A program made the position numbers and the translations under genes. Positions 12,001-27,000 of a DNA stretch of 64,000 nt are shown piece by piece. Positions within the stretch are counted from its first letter, which is position 1, and the number at the start of each line of letters is the position of its first letter. This DNA comes from the human T2T-CHM13v2.0 reference genome, Homo sapiens. The notes under the pieces are model-generated. The model had not been told where the DNA came from, ran no database searches, and worked only from the letters and a program-made list of their open reading frames with translations. The DNA lies in the NCBI RefSeq assembly GCF_009914755.1, contig NC_060946.1. One strand, 5' to 3'.

Positions 12001-15000
12001 TGTTTCCAAACTGCTCAATCAAAAGAAAGTGTTTAACTCTGTGAGGTGAAAGCACACATCTCAAAGAAGTTTCTCCGAAAGCTTCGGTCTAGTTTTCATG
12101 TGATGATATTTCCAGTCTCACCATAGGCCTCAAAGGGCTAAGAAATATCCCTTTCCAGATTCTAAAAGACCACCATTTCCATACTTCTCAATCAAAAGAA
12201 AGGTTACATTCTGTGAGGTTAATGCACACATCAGAATGAAGTTTCTCAGAATTCTCCTGTCTAGTTTTCATGGGAAGATATTTACTATTTCACTCTAGGC
12301 TTCAAATGTCTCAAAAATATCCCTTTGCAGATTCTACAAAAATATGCTTTCCAAAGTGCTGAATTAAAAGAAACCTTCAACTCTGTCCGATGAATGGAGA
12401 GGCATCACAACGAAGTTCCTCAGAATGCTTCTGTCTAGTTTAAATGTGAAGATATTTCTTTTTCACCATAGACCTCAAAGGGCTCAGAATTAGACCTTTG
12501 CAGATTGCAGAGAAAGACTGTCTCTAAACTGCTCAAATAAAATAAAGTTTCAACACGGTGAGATGAATGCACACATCACAAAGAAGTTCCTCAGAAAGCT
12601 TCTGTCTGGTTTTTATGTGAAGATATTTCCTTTTTCACCATAGGCCTTACACCGCTCACAAATATCCTTCTGCAGATACTAGAAAAAGACTGTTTCCAAA
12701 CTGCTCCATCAAAAGAAAATTTCACCCATCTGAGATGAATGCACACATCATAAAGAAGTTCCTCAGAATTCTTCTGTCTAGTTTTTATGTGAAGATGTTT
12801 CCATTTTCACCTTAGGCCACAAAGCGCTCCAAACATCCGTTTGCAGATGATACGAAAAGACTGTTTCCAAACTGCTCAATCAAAAGAAATTTTCAACTCT
12901 GTGAGATGAGAGCACACATCACAAAAAAGTTTCTCAGAAATCTTCTGTCTCGCTTTTATCTCAAGATAATTCCTATTTTGCCATAGGAATCAAGGGGCTC
13001 ACATATATCCCTTTGCGGATTCTACAAAAGTTCTCTTTACAAACTTCTCAATCAAAAGAAACGTTCAACATTGGGAGATGAATGAACACATCCCAAAGAA
13101 GTTTCTCAGGTTGCTTCTGTCTGGTTGCTATGTGAAGATGTTTCCTTTTTCACCATGGTCTTTAAGCCACTCAAACATACCTGTCTGCAGACTCTACAAA
13201 AAGACTGTTTCCAAACTGGCCCATATAGCATGTTTCAACTATGTGAAATGAATGCACTCATCAAAAAGAAGTTTCTCAGGATTCTCCTGTCTAGTTTTTA
13301 TGTGAAGATATTTCCTTTTTCACCGTAGGCCACAAATTGCTCCAAATATCCATTTGCAGATTCTACAAAAAGAATGTTCCCAAACTGGTCAATCAAAAGA
13401 AAGGCGCAACTCTGTGAGACGAAAGCACACATCACAAAGAAGTTTCCCGGAAAGCTTCTGTCTACATTTTATGTGAACGTATTTCCTTTGGCACCATAGG
13501 CCTTAAACCGCTCGCAAATATAACTCCAATTAAACGACCTAGAGACTTTCTCCAGATTGCTAAATCAAAAGAAAGGTTCAACTCTGTGAGATGAATACAC
13601 ACATCAAAAAGAAGTTTCTCAAAATGCTTCTGTCTAGTTTTCATGGGAAGATATTTATTTTTCACCGTTGGCCCCAAACCGCTCAGAAATATCCCTTTGC
13701 AGTTTGTAGAAAAAGACTGCTTCCAAACTGCTCAATGAAAGGAAATGGCCAACTATTAGAGATGAATGGAAATGTCACAAAGAGTTTTCTCAAAAAGCTA
13801 CTGTGTCGTTTTCATGTGAAGACATTGCCTTTGGCACCCTAGGCCTTAAAACTCTCTAAATGCACATTCACAGATTCTACAAAAAGACTGATTCCAAACT
13901 GCTCAATCAGAAGAAGGGTTCAATTCCGTGTGACAAACGTGCACATCACCAAGAAATTTGTCAGAAAGCTTCTGTCTACTTTTTATGTGAAGATATTTCA
14001 TATTTCAACAAAGGCCATAAAGGGCTCACAAATATCCCTTCGCAGATTCTAAGAAAAGACGTTTTCCAAACTCCTCACTCAAAAGAAAGGTTTAACACTG
14101 TGAGATGAATGGACACATCACGAAGAAGTTTCTCAGAAAGCTTCTGTCTAGTTTTTCTGTGAAGATATTTCTTTTTCACCATAGGCCTCAAGCAGCTAAG
14201 AAATTTCCCTCTGCAGCTTCTACCAAAGGCTGTTTCCAAACTGCTCAACTGAAAGAAAGGTTGAATTCTGTGACATGAATTCACACATCACAAAGAGGTT
14301 TTTCAGAAATCTCCTGTCTGGTTTTTAGGTGAAGATACTTCCTTTTTCACCACGGGCCTCAAATATCTCCAAATATCCATTTGCAGATTCTACAGAAAGA
14401 CTTTCCAAACTGCTCCATCAAAAGAAAGGTTCAACACTGTGAGATGAAGGCACACATCACCAAGAAGTTTCTCAGAAACCTTCTGTCTAGTTTTTAGGTG
14501 AAGATACTTCGTATTTCACCACAGGCCATAAAGGGCTCACAAATATCCCTTTGCAGGTTCTACAAAAAGACTGTTTCCAAACTGCCCAATCAAAGGAGAG
14601 GTTCAACTCTGTGACGTGAATGGACACATCACAAAAAATTTCTTAGAATGCTTCCGTCTAGTTCTTATGGGAAGATATTTCTCTTTCACCATAAGCCTCA
14701 AACGGATCAGAATTCTCCCTCTGCAGATTGTACGATAAGCCTCTTTCCAATCTGCTCAATCAAAAGAAAGTTTCCACTCGGTGAGGTGAATGCACACATC
14801 GCAAGGGAGTTTCTCAGAAAGCTTCTGTTTAGTTTTTACGTGAAGATATTTCGTTTTTCACCACGGGCCTCAAAAGCTCTCCAAATATCCATTTGCATAT
14901 TCTAGAAAAAGAGTGTTTCCAAACTCCTCAATCAAAGGATAGTTTCAATTCTGTGAGACGAAAGCACACATCACAACGAAGTTTCTTAGAAAGCGTCTGT

Positions 15001-18000
15001 GAAGTTTTTATGTGAAGATACTTCACATTGCATCACAGTACTCAAGGGGCTCAGAAATATCCCCTTGCAGATCCTACAAAAGGACTGTTTCAAAACTGCT
15101 CAATCCAAAGAAAGTTTCAACTATGTGAGACGAATGCACACGTCACGAAGAAGTGCCTCAGAATGCTTCTGTCTACTTTATATGTGAAGAAGATTCCTAT
15201 TCCACCATAGGCAATAAAGGGCTCACAAATATGTTTTGCAGATTCTACAAAAAGACTGTATCCAAACTGCTCAATAAAAAGAAAGTTTTAACTCTGTTAG
15301 GTTAATGGACACATCAAAAAGTAGTTTCTCAGAAAACTTCTGTGTAGTTTTTATGTGAAGATATTTCCTTTGTCACCATTGGCCTCGAAGCACTCCTAAT
15401 ATCCATTTACAGATGTCACAGAAAGAGTGTTTCCAAACTGCTCAATCAAAAGAAAGTGTTTAACTCTGTGAGGTGAAAGCACACATCTCAAAGAAGTTTC
15501 TCCGAAAGCTTCGGTCTAGTTTTCATGTGATGATATTTCCAGTCTCACCATAGGCCTCAAAGGGCTAAGAAATATCCCTTTCCAGATTCTAAAAGACCAC
15601 CATTTCCATACTTCTCAATCAAAAGAAAGGTTACATTCTGTGAGGTTAATGCACACATCAGAATGAAGTTTCTCAGAATTCTCCTGTCTAGTTTTCATGG
15701 GAAGATATTTACTATTTCACTCTAGGCTTCAAATGTCTCAAAAATATCCCTTTGCAGATTCTACAAAAATATGCTTTCCAAAGTGCTGAATTAAAAGAAA
15801 CCTTCAACTCTGTCCGATGAATGGAGAGGCATCACAACGAAGTTCCTCAGAATGCTTCTGTCTAGTTTAAATGTGAAGATATTTCTTTTTCACCATAGAC
15901 CTCAAAGGGCTCAGAATTAGACCTTTGCAGATTGCAGAGAAAGACTGTCTCTAAACTGCTCAAATAAAATAAAGTTTCAACACGGTGAGATGAATGCACA
16001 CATCACAAAGAAGTTCCTCAGAAAGCTTCTGTCTGGTTTTTATGTGAAGATATTTCCTTTTTCACCATAGGCCTTACACCGCTCACAAATATCCTTCTGC
16101 AGATACTAGAAAAAGACTGTTTCCAAACTGCTCCATCAAAAGAAAATTTCACCCATCTGAGATGAATGCACACATCATAAAGAAGTTCCTCAGAATTCTT
16201 CTGTCTAGTTTTTATGTGAAGATGTTTCCATTTTCACCTTAGGCCACAAAGCGCTCCAAACATCCGTTTGCAGATGATACGAAAAGACTGTTTCCAAACT
16301 GCTCAATCAAAAGAAATTTTCAACTCTGTGAGATGAGAGCACACATCACAAAAAAGTTTCTCAGAAATCTTCTGTCTCGCTTTTATCTCAAGATAATTCC
16401 TATTTTGCCATAGGAATCAAGGGGCTCACATATATCCCTTTGCGGATTCTACAAAAGTTCTCTTTACAAACTTCTCAATCAAAAGAAACGTTCAACATTG
16501 GGAGATGAATGAACACATCCCAAAGAAGTTTCTCAGGTTGCTTCTGTCTGGTTGCTATGTGAAGATGTTTCCTTTTTCACCATGGTCTTTAAGCCACTCA
16601 AACATACCTGTCTGCAGACTCTACAAAAAGACTGTTTCCAAACTGGCCCATATAGCATGTTTCAACTATGTGAAATGAATGCACTCATCAAAAAGAAGTT
16701 TCTCAGGATTCTCCTGTCTAGTTTTTATGTGAAGATATTTCCTTTTTCACCGTAGGCCACAAATTGCTCCAAATATCCATTTGCAGATTCTACAAAAAGA
16801 ATGTTCCCAAACTGGTCAATCAAAAGAAAGGCGCAACTCTGTGAGACGAAAGCACACATCACAAAGAAGTTTCCCGGAAAGCTTCTGTCTACATTTTATG
16901 TGAACGTATTTCCTTTGGCACCATAGGCCTTAAACCGCTCGCAAATATAACTTCAATTAAACGACCTAGAGACTTTCTCCACATTGCTAAATCAAAAGAA
17001 AGGTTCAACTCTGTGAGATGAATACACACATTAAAAAGAAGTTTCTCAAAATGCTTCTGTCTAGTTTTCATGGGAAGATATTTATTTTTCACCGTTGGCC
17101 CCAAACCGCTCAGAAATATCCCTTTGCAGTTTGTAGAAAAAGACTGCTTCCAAACTGCTCAATGAAAGGAAATGGCCAACTATTAGAGATGAATGGAAAT
17201 GTCACAAAGAGTTTTCTCAAAAAGCTACTGTGTCGTTTTCATGTGAAGACATTGCCTTTGGCACCCTAGGCCTTAAAACTCTCTAAATGCACATTCACAG
17301 ATTCTACAAAAAGACTGATTCCAAACTGCTCAATCAGAAGAAGGGTTCAATTCCGTGTGACAAACGTGCACATCACCAAGAAATTTGTCAGAAAGCTTCT
17401 GTCTACTTTTTATGTGAAGATATTTCATATTTCAACAAAGGCCATAAAGGGCTCACAAATATCCCTTCGCAGATTCTAAGAAAAGACGTTTTCCAAACTC
17501 CTCACTCAAAAGAAAGGTTTAACACTGTGAGATGAATGGACACATCACGAAGAAGTTTCTCAGAAAGCTTCTGTCTAGTTTTTCTGTGAAGATATTTCTT
17601 TTTCACCATAGGCCTCAAGCAGCTAAGAAATTTCCCTCTGCAGCTTCTACCAAAGGCTGTTTCCAAACTGCTCAACTGAAAGAAAGGTTGAATTCTGTGA
17701 CATGAATTCACACATCACAAAGAGGTTTTTCAGAAATCTCCTGTCTGGTTTTTAGGTGAAGATACTTCCTTTTTCACCACGGGCCTCAAATATCTCCAAA
17801 TATCCATTTGCAGATTCTACAGAAAGACTTTCCAAACTGCTCCATCAAAAGAAAGGTTCAACACTGTGAGATGAAGGCACACATCACCAAGAAGTTTCTC
17901 AGAAACCTTCTGTCTAGTTTTTAGGTGAAGATACTTCGTATTTCACCACAGGCCATAAAGGGCTCACAAATATCCCTTTGCAGGTTCTACAAAAAGACTG

Positions 18001-21000
18001 TTTCCAAACTGCCCAATCAAAGGAGAGGTTCAACTCTGTGACGTGAATGGACACATCACAAAAAATTTCTTAGAATGCTTCCGTCTAGTTCTTATGGGAA
18101 GATATTTCTCTTTCACCATAAGCCTCAAACGGATCAGAATTCTCCCTCTGCAGATTGTACGATAAGCCTCTTTCCAATCTGCTCAATCAAAAGAAAGTTT
18201 CCACTCGGTGAGGTGAATGCACACATCGCAAGGGAGTTTCTCAGAAAGCTTCTGTTTAGTTTTTACGTGAAGATATTTCGTTTTTCACCACGGGCCTCAA
18301 AAGCTCTCCAAATATCCATTTGCATATTCTAGAAAAAGAGTGTTTCCAAACTCCTCAATCAAAGGATAGTTTCAATTCTGTGAGACGAAAGCACACATCA
18401 CAACGAAGTTTCTTAGAAAGCGTCTGTGAAGTTTTTATGTGAAGATACTTCACATTGCATCACAGTACTCAAGGGGCTCAGAAATATCCCCTTGCAGATC
18501 CTACAAAAGGACTGTTTCAAAACTGCTCAATCCAAAGAAAGTTTCAACTATGTGAGACGAATGCACACGTCACGAAGAAGTGCCTCAGAATGCTTCTGTC
18601 TAGTTTATATGTGAAGAAGATTCCTATTCCACCATAGGCAATAAAGGGCTCACAAATATGTTTTGCAGATTCTACAAAAAGACTGTACCCAAACTGCTCA
18701 ATAAAAAGAAAGTTTTAACTCTGTTAGGTTAATGGACACATCAAAAAGTAGTTTCTCAGAAAACTTCTGTGTAGTTTTTATGTGAAGATATTTCCTTTGT
18801 CACCATTGGCCTCGAAGCACTCCTAATATCCATTTACAGATGTCACAGAAAGAGTGTTTCCAAACTGCTCAATCAAAAGAAAGTGATTAACTCTGTGAGG
18901 TGAAAGCACACATCTCAAAGAAGTTTCTCCGAAAGCTTCGGTCTAGTTTTCATGTGATGATATTTCCAGTCTCACCATAGGCCTCAAAGGGCTAAGAAAT
19001 ATCCCTTTCCAGATTCTAAAAGACCACCATTTCCATACTTCTCAATCAAAAGAAAGGTTACATTCTGTGAGGTTAATGCACACATCAGAATGAAGTTTCT
19101 CAGAATTCTCCTGTCTAGTTTTCATGGGAAGATATTTACTATTTCACTCTAGGCTTCAAATGTCTCAAAAATATCCCTTTGCAGATTCTACAAAAATATG
19201 CTTTCCAAAGTGCTGAATTAAAAGAAACCTTCAACTCTGTCCGATGAATGGAGAGGCATCACAACGAAGTTCCTCAGAATGCTTCTGTCTAGTTTAAATG
19301 TGAAGATATTTCTTTTTCACCATAGACCTCAAAGGGCTCAGAATTAGACCTTTGCAGATTGCAGAGAAAGACTGTCTCTAAACTGCTCAAATAAAATAAA
19401 GTTTCAACACGGTGAGATGAATGCACACATCACAAAGAAGTTCCTCAGAAAGCTTCTGTCTGGTTTTTATGTGAAGATATTTCCTTTTTCACCATAGGCC
19501 TTACACCGCTCACAAATATCCTTCTGCAGATACTAGAAAAAGACTGTTTCCAAACTGCTCCATCAAAAGAAAATTTCACCCATCTGAGATGAATGCACAC
19601 ATCATAAAGAAGTTCCTCAGAATTCTTCTGTCTAGTTTTTATGTGAAGATGTTTCCATTTTCACCTTAGGCCACAAAGCGCTCCAAACATCCGTTTGCAG
19701 ATGATACGAAAAGACTGTTTCCAAACTGCTCAATCAAAAGAAATTTTCAACTCTGTGAGATGAGAGCACACATCACAAAAAAGATTCTCAGAAATCTTCT
19801 GTCTCGCTTTTATCTCAAGATAATTCCTATTTTGCCATAGGAATCAAGGGGCTCACATATATCCCTTTGCGGATTCTACAAAAGTTCTCTTTACAAACTT
19901 CTCAATCAAAAGAAACGTTCAACATTGGGAGATGAATGAACACATCCCAAAGAAGTTTCTCAGGTTGCTTCTGTCTGGTTGCTATGTGAAGATGTTTCCT
20001 TTTTCACCGTGGTCTTTAAGCCACTCAAACATACCTGTCTGCAGACTCTACAAAAAGACTGTTTCCAAACTGGCCCATATAGCATGTTTCAACTATGTGA
20101 AATGAATGCACTCATCAAAAAGAAGTTTCTCAGGATTCTCCTGTCTAGTTTTTATGTGAAGATATTTCCTTTTTCACCGTAGGCCACAAATTGCTCCAAA
20201 TATCCATTTGCAGATTCTACAAAAAGAATGTTCCCAAACTGGTCAATCAAAAGAAAGGCGCAACTCTGTGAGACGAAAGCACACATCACAAAGAAGTTTC
20301 CCGGAAAGCTTCTGTCTACATTTTATGTGAACGTATTTCCTTTGGCACCATAGGCCTTAAACCGCTCGCAAATATAACTTCAATTAAACGACCTAGAGAC
20401 TTTCTCCAGATTGCTAAATCAAAAGAAAGGTTCAACTCTGTGAGATGAATACACACATCAAAAAGAAGTTTCTCAAAATGCTTCTGTCTAGTTTTCATGG
20501 GAAGATATTTATTTTTCACCGTTGGCCCCAAACCGCTCAGAAATATCCCTTTGCAGTTTGTAGAAAAAGACTGCTTCCAAACTGCTCAATGAAAGGAAAT
20601 GGCCAACTATTAGAGATGAATGGAAATGTCACAAAGAGTTTCCTCAAAAAGCTACTGTGTCGTTTTCATGTGAAGACATTGCCTTTGGCACCCTAGGCCT
20701 TAAAACTCTCTAAATGCACATTCACAGATTCTACAAAAAGACTGATTCCAAACTGCTCAATCAGAAGAAGGGTTCAATTCCGTGTGACAAACGTGCACAT
20801 CACCAAGAAATTTGTCAGAAAGCTTCTGTCTACTTTTTATGTGAAGATATTTCATATTTCAACAAAGGCCATAAAGGGCTCACAAATATCCCTTCGCAGA
20901 TTCTAAGAAAAGACGTTTTCCAAACTCCTCACTCAAAAGAAAGGTTTAACACTGTGAGATGAATGGACACATCACGAAGAAGTTTCTCAGAAAGCTTCTG

Positions 21001-24000
21001 TCTAGTTTTTCTGTGAAGATATTTCTTTTTCACCATAGGCCTCAAGCAGCTAAGAAATTTCCCTCTGCAGCTTCTACCAAAGGCTGTTTCCAAACTGCTC
21101 AACTGAAAGAAAGGTTGAATTCTGTGACATGAATTCACACATCACAAAGAGGTTTTTCAGAAATCTCCTGTCTGGTTTTTAGGTGAAGATACTTCCTTTT
21201 TCACCACGGGCCTCAAATATCTCCAAATATCCATTTGCAGATTCTACAGAAAGACTTTCCAAACTGCTCCATCAAAAGAAAGGTTCAACACTGTGAGATG
21301 AAGGCACACATCACCAAGAAGTTTCTCAGAAACCTTCTGTCTAGTTTTTAGGTGAAGATACTTCGTATTTCACCACAGGCCATAAAGGGCTCACAAATAT
21401 CCCTTTGCAGGTTCTACAAAAAGACTGTTTCCAAACTGCCCAATCAAAGGAGAGGTTCAACTCTGTGACGTGAATGGACACATCACAAAAAATTTCTTAG
21501 AATGCTTCCGTCTAGTTCTTATGGGAAGATATTTCTCTTTCACCATAAGCCTCAAACGGATCAGAATTCTCCCTCTGCAGATTGTACGATAAGCCTCTTT
21601 CCAATCTGCTCAATCAAAAGAAAGTTTCCACTCGGTGAGGTGAATGCACACATCGCAAGGGAGTTTCTCAGAAAGCTTCTGTTTAGTTTTTACGTGAAGA
21701 TATTTCGTTTTTCACCACGGGCCTCAAAAGCTCTCCAAATATCCATTTGCATATTCTAGAAAAAGAGTGTTTCCAAACTCCTCAATCAAAGGATAGTTTC
21801 AATTCTGTGAGACGAAAGCACACATCACAACGAAGTTTCTTAGAAAGCGTCTGTGAAGTTTTTATGTGAAGATACTTCACATTGCATCACAGTACTCAAG
21901 GGGCTCAGAAATATCCCCTTGCAGATCCTACAAAAGGACTGTTTCAAAACTGCTCAATCCAAAGAAAGTTTCAACTATGTGAGACGAATGCACACGTCAC
22001 GAAGAAGTGCCTCAGAATGCTTCTGTCTAGTTTATATGTGAAGAAGATTCCTATTCCACCATAGGCAATAAAGGGCTCACAAATATGTTTTGCAGATTCT
22101 ACAAAAAGACTGTACCCAAACTGCTCAATAAAAAGAAAGTTTTAACTCTGTTAGGTTAATGGACACATCAAAAAGTAGTTTCTCAGAAAACTTCTGTGTA
22201 GTTTTTATGTGAAGATATTTCCTTTGTCACCATTGGCCTCAAAGCACTCCTAATATCCATTTACAGATGTCACAGAAAGAGTGTTTCCAAACTGCTCAAT
22301 CAAAAGAAAGTGATTAACTCTGTGAGGTGAAAGCACACATCTCAAAGAAGTTTCTCCGAAAGCTTCGGTCTAGTTTTCATGTGATGATATTTCCAGTCTC
22401 ACCATAGGCCTCAAAGGGCTAAGAAATATCCCTTTCCAGATTCTAAAAGACCACCATTTCCATACTTCTCAATCAAAAGAAAGGTTACATTCTGTGAGGT
22501 TAATGCACACATCAGAATGAAGTTTCTCAGAATTCTCCTGTCTAGTTTTCATGGGAAGATATTTACTATTTCACTCTAGGCTTCAAATGTCTCAAAAATA
22601 TCCCTTTGCAGATTCTACAAAAATATGCTTTCCAAAGTGCTGAATTAAAAGAAACCTTCAACTCTGTCCGATGAATGGAGAGGCATCACAACGAAGTTCC
22701 TCAGAATGCTTCTGTCTAGTTTAAATGTGAAGATATTTCTTTTTCACCATAGACCTCAAAGGGCTCAGAATTAGACCTTTGCAGATTGCAGAGAAAGACT
22801 GTCTCTAAACTGCTCAAATAAAATAAAGTTTCAACACGGTGAGATGAATGCACACATCACAAAGAAGTTCCTCAGAAAGCTTCTGTCTGGATTTTATGTG
22901 AAGATATTTCCTTTTTCACCATAGGCCTTACACCGCTCACAAATATCCTTCTGCAGATACTAGAAAAAGACTGTTTCCAAACTGCTCCATCAAAAGAAAA
23001 TTTCACCCATCTGAGATGAATGCACACATCATAAAGAAGTTCCTCAGAATTCTTCTGTCTAGTTTTTATGTGAAGATGTTTCCATTTTCACCTTAGGCCA
23101 CAAAGCGCTCCAAACATCCGTTTGCAGATGATACGAAAAGACTGTTTCCAAACTGCTCAATCAAAAGAAATTTTCAACTCTGTGAGATGAGAGCACACAT
23201 CACAAAAAAGTTTCTCAGAAATCTTCTGTCTCGCTTTTATCTCAAGATAATTCCTATTTTGCCATAGGAATCAAGGGGCTCACATATATCCCTTTGCGGA
23301 TTCTACAAAAGTTCTCTTTACAAACTTCTCAATCAAAAGAAACGTTCAACATTGGGAGATGAATGAACACATCCCAAAGAAGTTTCTCAGGTTGCTTCTG
23401 TCTGGTTGCTATGTGAAGATGTTTCCTTTTTCACCATGGTCTTTAAGCCACTCAAACATACCTGTCTGCAGACTCTACAAAAAGACTGTTTCCAAACTGG
23501 CCCATATAGCATGTTTCAACTATGTGAAATGAATGCACTCATCAAAAAGAAGTTTCTCAGGATTCTCCTGTCTAGTTTTTATGTGAAGATATTTCCTTTT
23601 TCACCGTAGGCCACAAATTGCTCCAAATATCCATTTGCAGATTCTACAAAAAGAATGTTCCCAAACTGGTCAATCAAAAGAAAGGCGCAACTCTGTGAGA
23701 CGAAAGCACACATCACAAAGAAGTTTCCCGGAAAGCTTCTGTCTACATTTTATGTGAACGTATTTCCTTTGGCACCATAGGCCTTAAACCGCTCGCAAAT
23801 ATAACTCCAATTAAACGACCTAGAGACTTTCTCCAGATTGCTAAATCAAAAGAAAGGTTCAACTCTGTGAGATGAATACACACATCAAAAAGAAGTTTCT
23901 CAAAATGCTTCTGTCTAGTTTTCATGGGAAGATATTTATTTTTCACCGTTGGCCCCAAACCGCTCAGAAATATCCCTTTGCAGTTTGTAGAAAAAGACTG

Positions 24001-27000
24001 CTTCCAAACTGCTCAATGAAAGGAAATGGCCAACTATTAGAGATGAATGGAAATGTCACAAAGAGTTTCCTCAAAAAGCTACTGTGTCGTTTTCATGTGA
24101 AGACATTGCCTTTGGCACCCTAGGCCTTAAAACTCTCTAAATGCACATTCACAGATTCTACAAAAAGACTGATTCCAAACTGCTCAATCAGAAGAAGGGT
24201 TCAATTCCGTGTGACAAACGTGCACATCACCAAGAAATTTGTCAGAAAGCTTCTGTCTACTTTTTATGTGAAGATATTTCATATTTCAACAAAGGCCATA
24301 AAGGGCTCACAAATATCCCTTCGCAGATTCTAAGAAAAGACGTTTTCCAAACTCCTCACTCAAAAGAAAGGTTTAACACTGTGAGATGAATGGACACATC
24401 ACGAAGAAGTTTCTCAGAAAGCTTCTGTCTAGTTTTTCTGTGAAGATATTTCTTTTTCACCATAGGCCTCAAGCAGCTAAGAAATTTCCCTCTGCAGCTT
24501 CTACCAAAGGCTGTTTCCAAACTGCTCAACTGAAAGAAAGGTTGAATTCTGTGACATGAATTCACACATCACAAAGAGGTTTTTCAGAAATCTCCTGTCT
24601 GGTTTTTAGGTGAAGATACTTCCTTTTTCACCACGGGCCTCAAATATCTCCAAATATCCATTTGCAGATTCTACAGAAAGACTTTCCAAACTGCTCCATC
24701 AAAAGAAAGGTTCAACACTGTGAGATGAAGGCACACATCACCAAGAAGTTTCTCAGAAACCTTCTGTCTAGTTTTTAGGTGAAGATACTTCGTATTTCAC
24801 CACAGGCCATAAAGGGCTCACAAATATCCCTTTGCAGGTTCTACAAAAAGACTGTTTCCAAACTGCCCAATCAAAGGAGAGGTTCAACTCTGTGACGTGA
24901 ATGGACACATCACAAAAAATTTCTTAGAATGCTTCCGTCTAGTTCTTATGGGAAGATATTTCTCTTTCACCATAAGCCTCAAACGGATCAGAATTCTCCC
25001 TCTGCAGATTGTACGATAAGCCTCTTTCCAATCTGCTCAATCAAAAGAAAGTTTCCACTCGGTGAGGTGAATGCACACATCGCAAGGGAGTTTCTCAGAA
25101 AGCTTCTGTTTAGTTTTTACGTGAAGATATTTCGTTTTTCACCACGGGCCTCAAAAGCTCTCCAAATATCCATTTGCATATTCTAGAAAAAGAGTGTTTC
25201 CAAACTCCTCAATCAAAGGATAGTTTCAATTCTGTGAGACGAAAGCACACATCACAACGAAGTTTCTTAGAAAGCGTCTGTGAAGTTTTTATGTGAAGAT
25301 ACTTCACATTGCATCACAGTACTCAAGGGGCTCAGAAATATCCCCTTGCAGATCCTACAAAAGGACTGTTTCAAAACTGCTCAATCCAAAGAAAGTTTCA
25401 ACTATGTGAGACGAATGCACACGTCACGAAGAAGTGCCTCAGAATGCTTCTGTCTAGTTTATATGTGAAGAAGATTCCTATTCCACCATAGGCAATAAAG
25501 GGCTCACAAATATGTTTTGCAGATTCTACAAAAAGACTGTATCCAAACTGCTCAATAAAAAGAAAGTTTTAACTCTGTTAGGTTAATGGACACATCAAAA
25601 AGTAGTTTCTCAGAAAACTTCTGTGTAGTTTTTATGTGAAGATATTTCCTTTGTCACCATTGGCCTCGAAGCACTCCTAATATCCATTTACAGATGTCAC
25701 AGAAAGAGTGTTTCCAAACTGCTCAATCAAAAGAAAGTGTTTAACTCTGTGAGGTGAAAGCACACATCTCAAAGAAGTTTCTCCGAAAGCTTCGGTCTAG
25801 TTTTCATGTGATGATATTTCCAGTCTCACCATAGGCCTCAAAGGGCTAAGAAATATCCCTTTCCAGATTCTAAAAGACCACCATTTCCATACTTCTCAAT
25901 CAAAAGAAAGGTTACATTCTGTGAGGTTAATGCACACATCAGAATGAAGTTTCTCAGAATTCTCCTGTCTAGTTTTCATGGGAAGATATTTACTATTTCA
26001 CTCTAGGCTTCAAATGTCTCAAAAATATCCCTTTGCAGATTCTACAAAAATATGCTTTCCAAAGTGCTGAATTAAAAGAAACCTTCAACTCTGTCCGATG
26101 AATGGAGAGGCATCACAACGAAGTTCCTCAGAATGCTTCTGTCTAGTTTAAATGTGAAGATATTTCTTTTTCACCATAGACCTCAAAGGGCTCAGAATTA
26201 GACCTTTGCAGATTGCAGAGAAAGACTGTCTCTAAACTGCTCAAATAAAATAAAGTTTCAACACGGTGAGATGAATGCACACATCACAAAGAAGTTCCTC
26301 AGAAAGCTTCTGTCTGGTTTTTATGTGAAGATATTTCCTTTTTCACCATAGGCCTTACACCGCTCACAAATATCCTTCTGCAGATACTAGAAAAAGACTG
26401 TTTCCAAACTGCTCCATCAAAAGAAAATTTCACCCATCTGAGATGAATGCACACATCATAAAGAAGTTCCTCAGAATTCTTCTGTCTAGTTTTTATGTGA
26501 AGATGTTTCCATTTTCACCTTAGGCCACAAAGCGCTCCAAACATCCGTTTGCAGATGATACGAAAAGACTGTTTCCAAACTGCTCAATCAAAAGAAATTT
26601 TCAACTCTGTGAGATGAGAGCACACATCACAAAAAAGTTTCTCAGAAATCTTCTGTCTCGCTTTTATCTCAAGATAATTCCTATTTTGCCATAGGAATCA
26701 AGGGGCTCACATATATCCCTTTGCGGATTCTACAAAAGTTCTCTTTACAAACTTCTCAATCAAAAGAAACGTTCAACATTGGGAGATGAATGAACACATC
26801 CCAAAGAAGTTTCTCAGGTTGCTTCTGTCTGGTTGCTATGTGAAGATGTTTCCTTTTTCACCATGGTCTTTAAGCCACTCAAACATACCTGTCTGCAGAC
26901 TCTACAAAAAGACTGTTTCCAAACTGGCCCATATAGCATGTTTCAACTATGTGAAATGAATGCACTCATCAAAAAGAAGTTTCTCAGGATTCTCCTGTCT

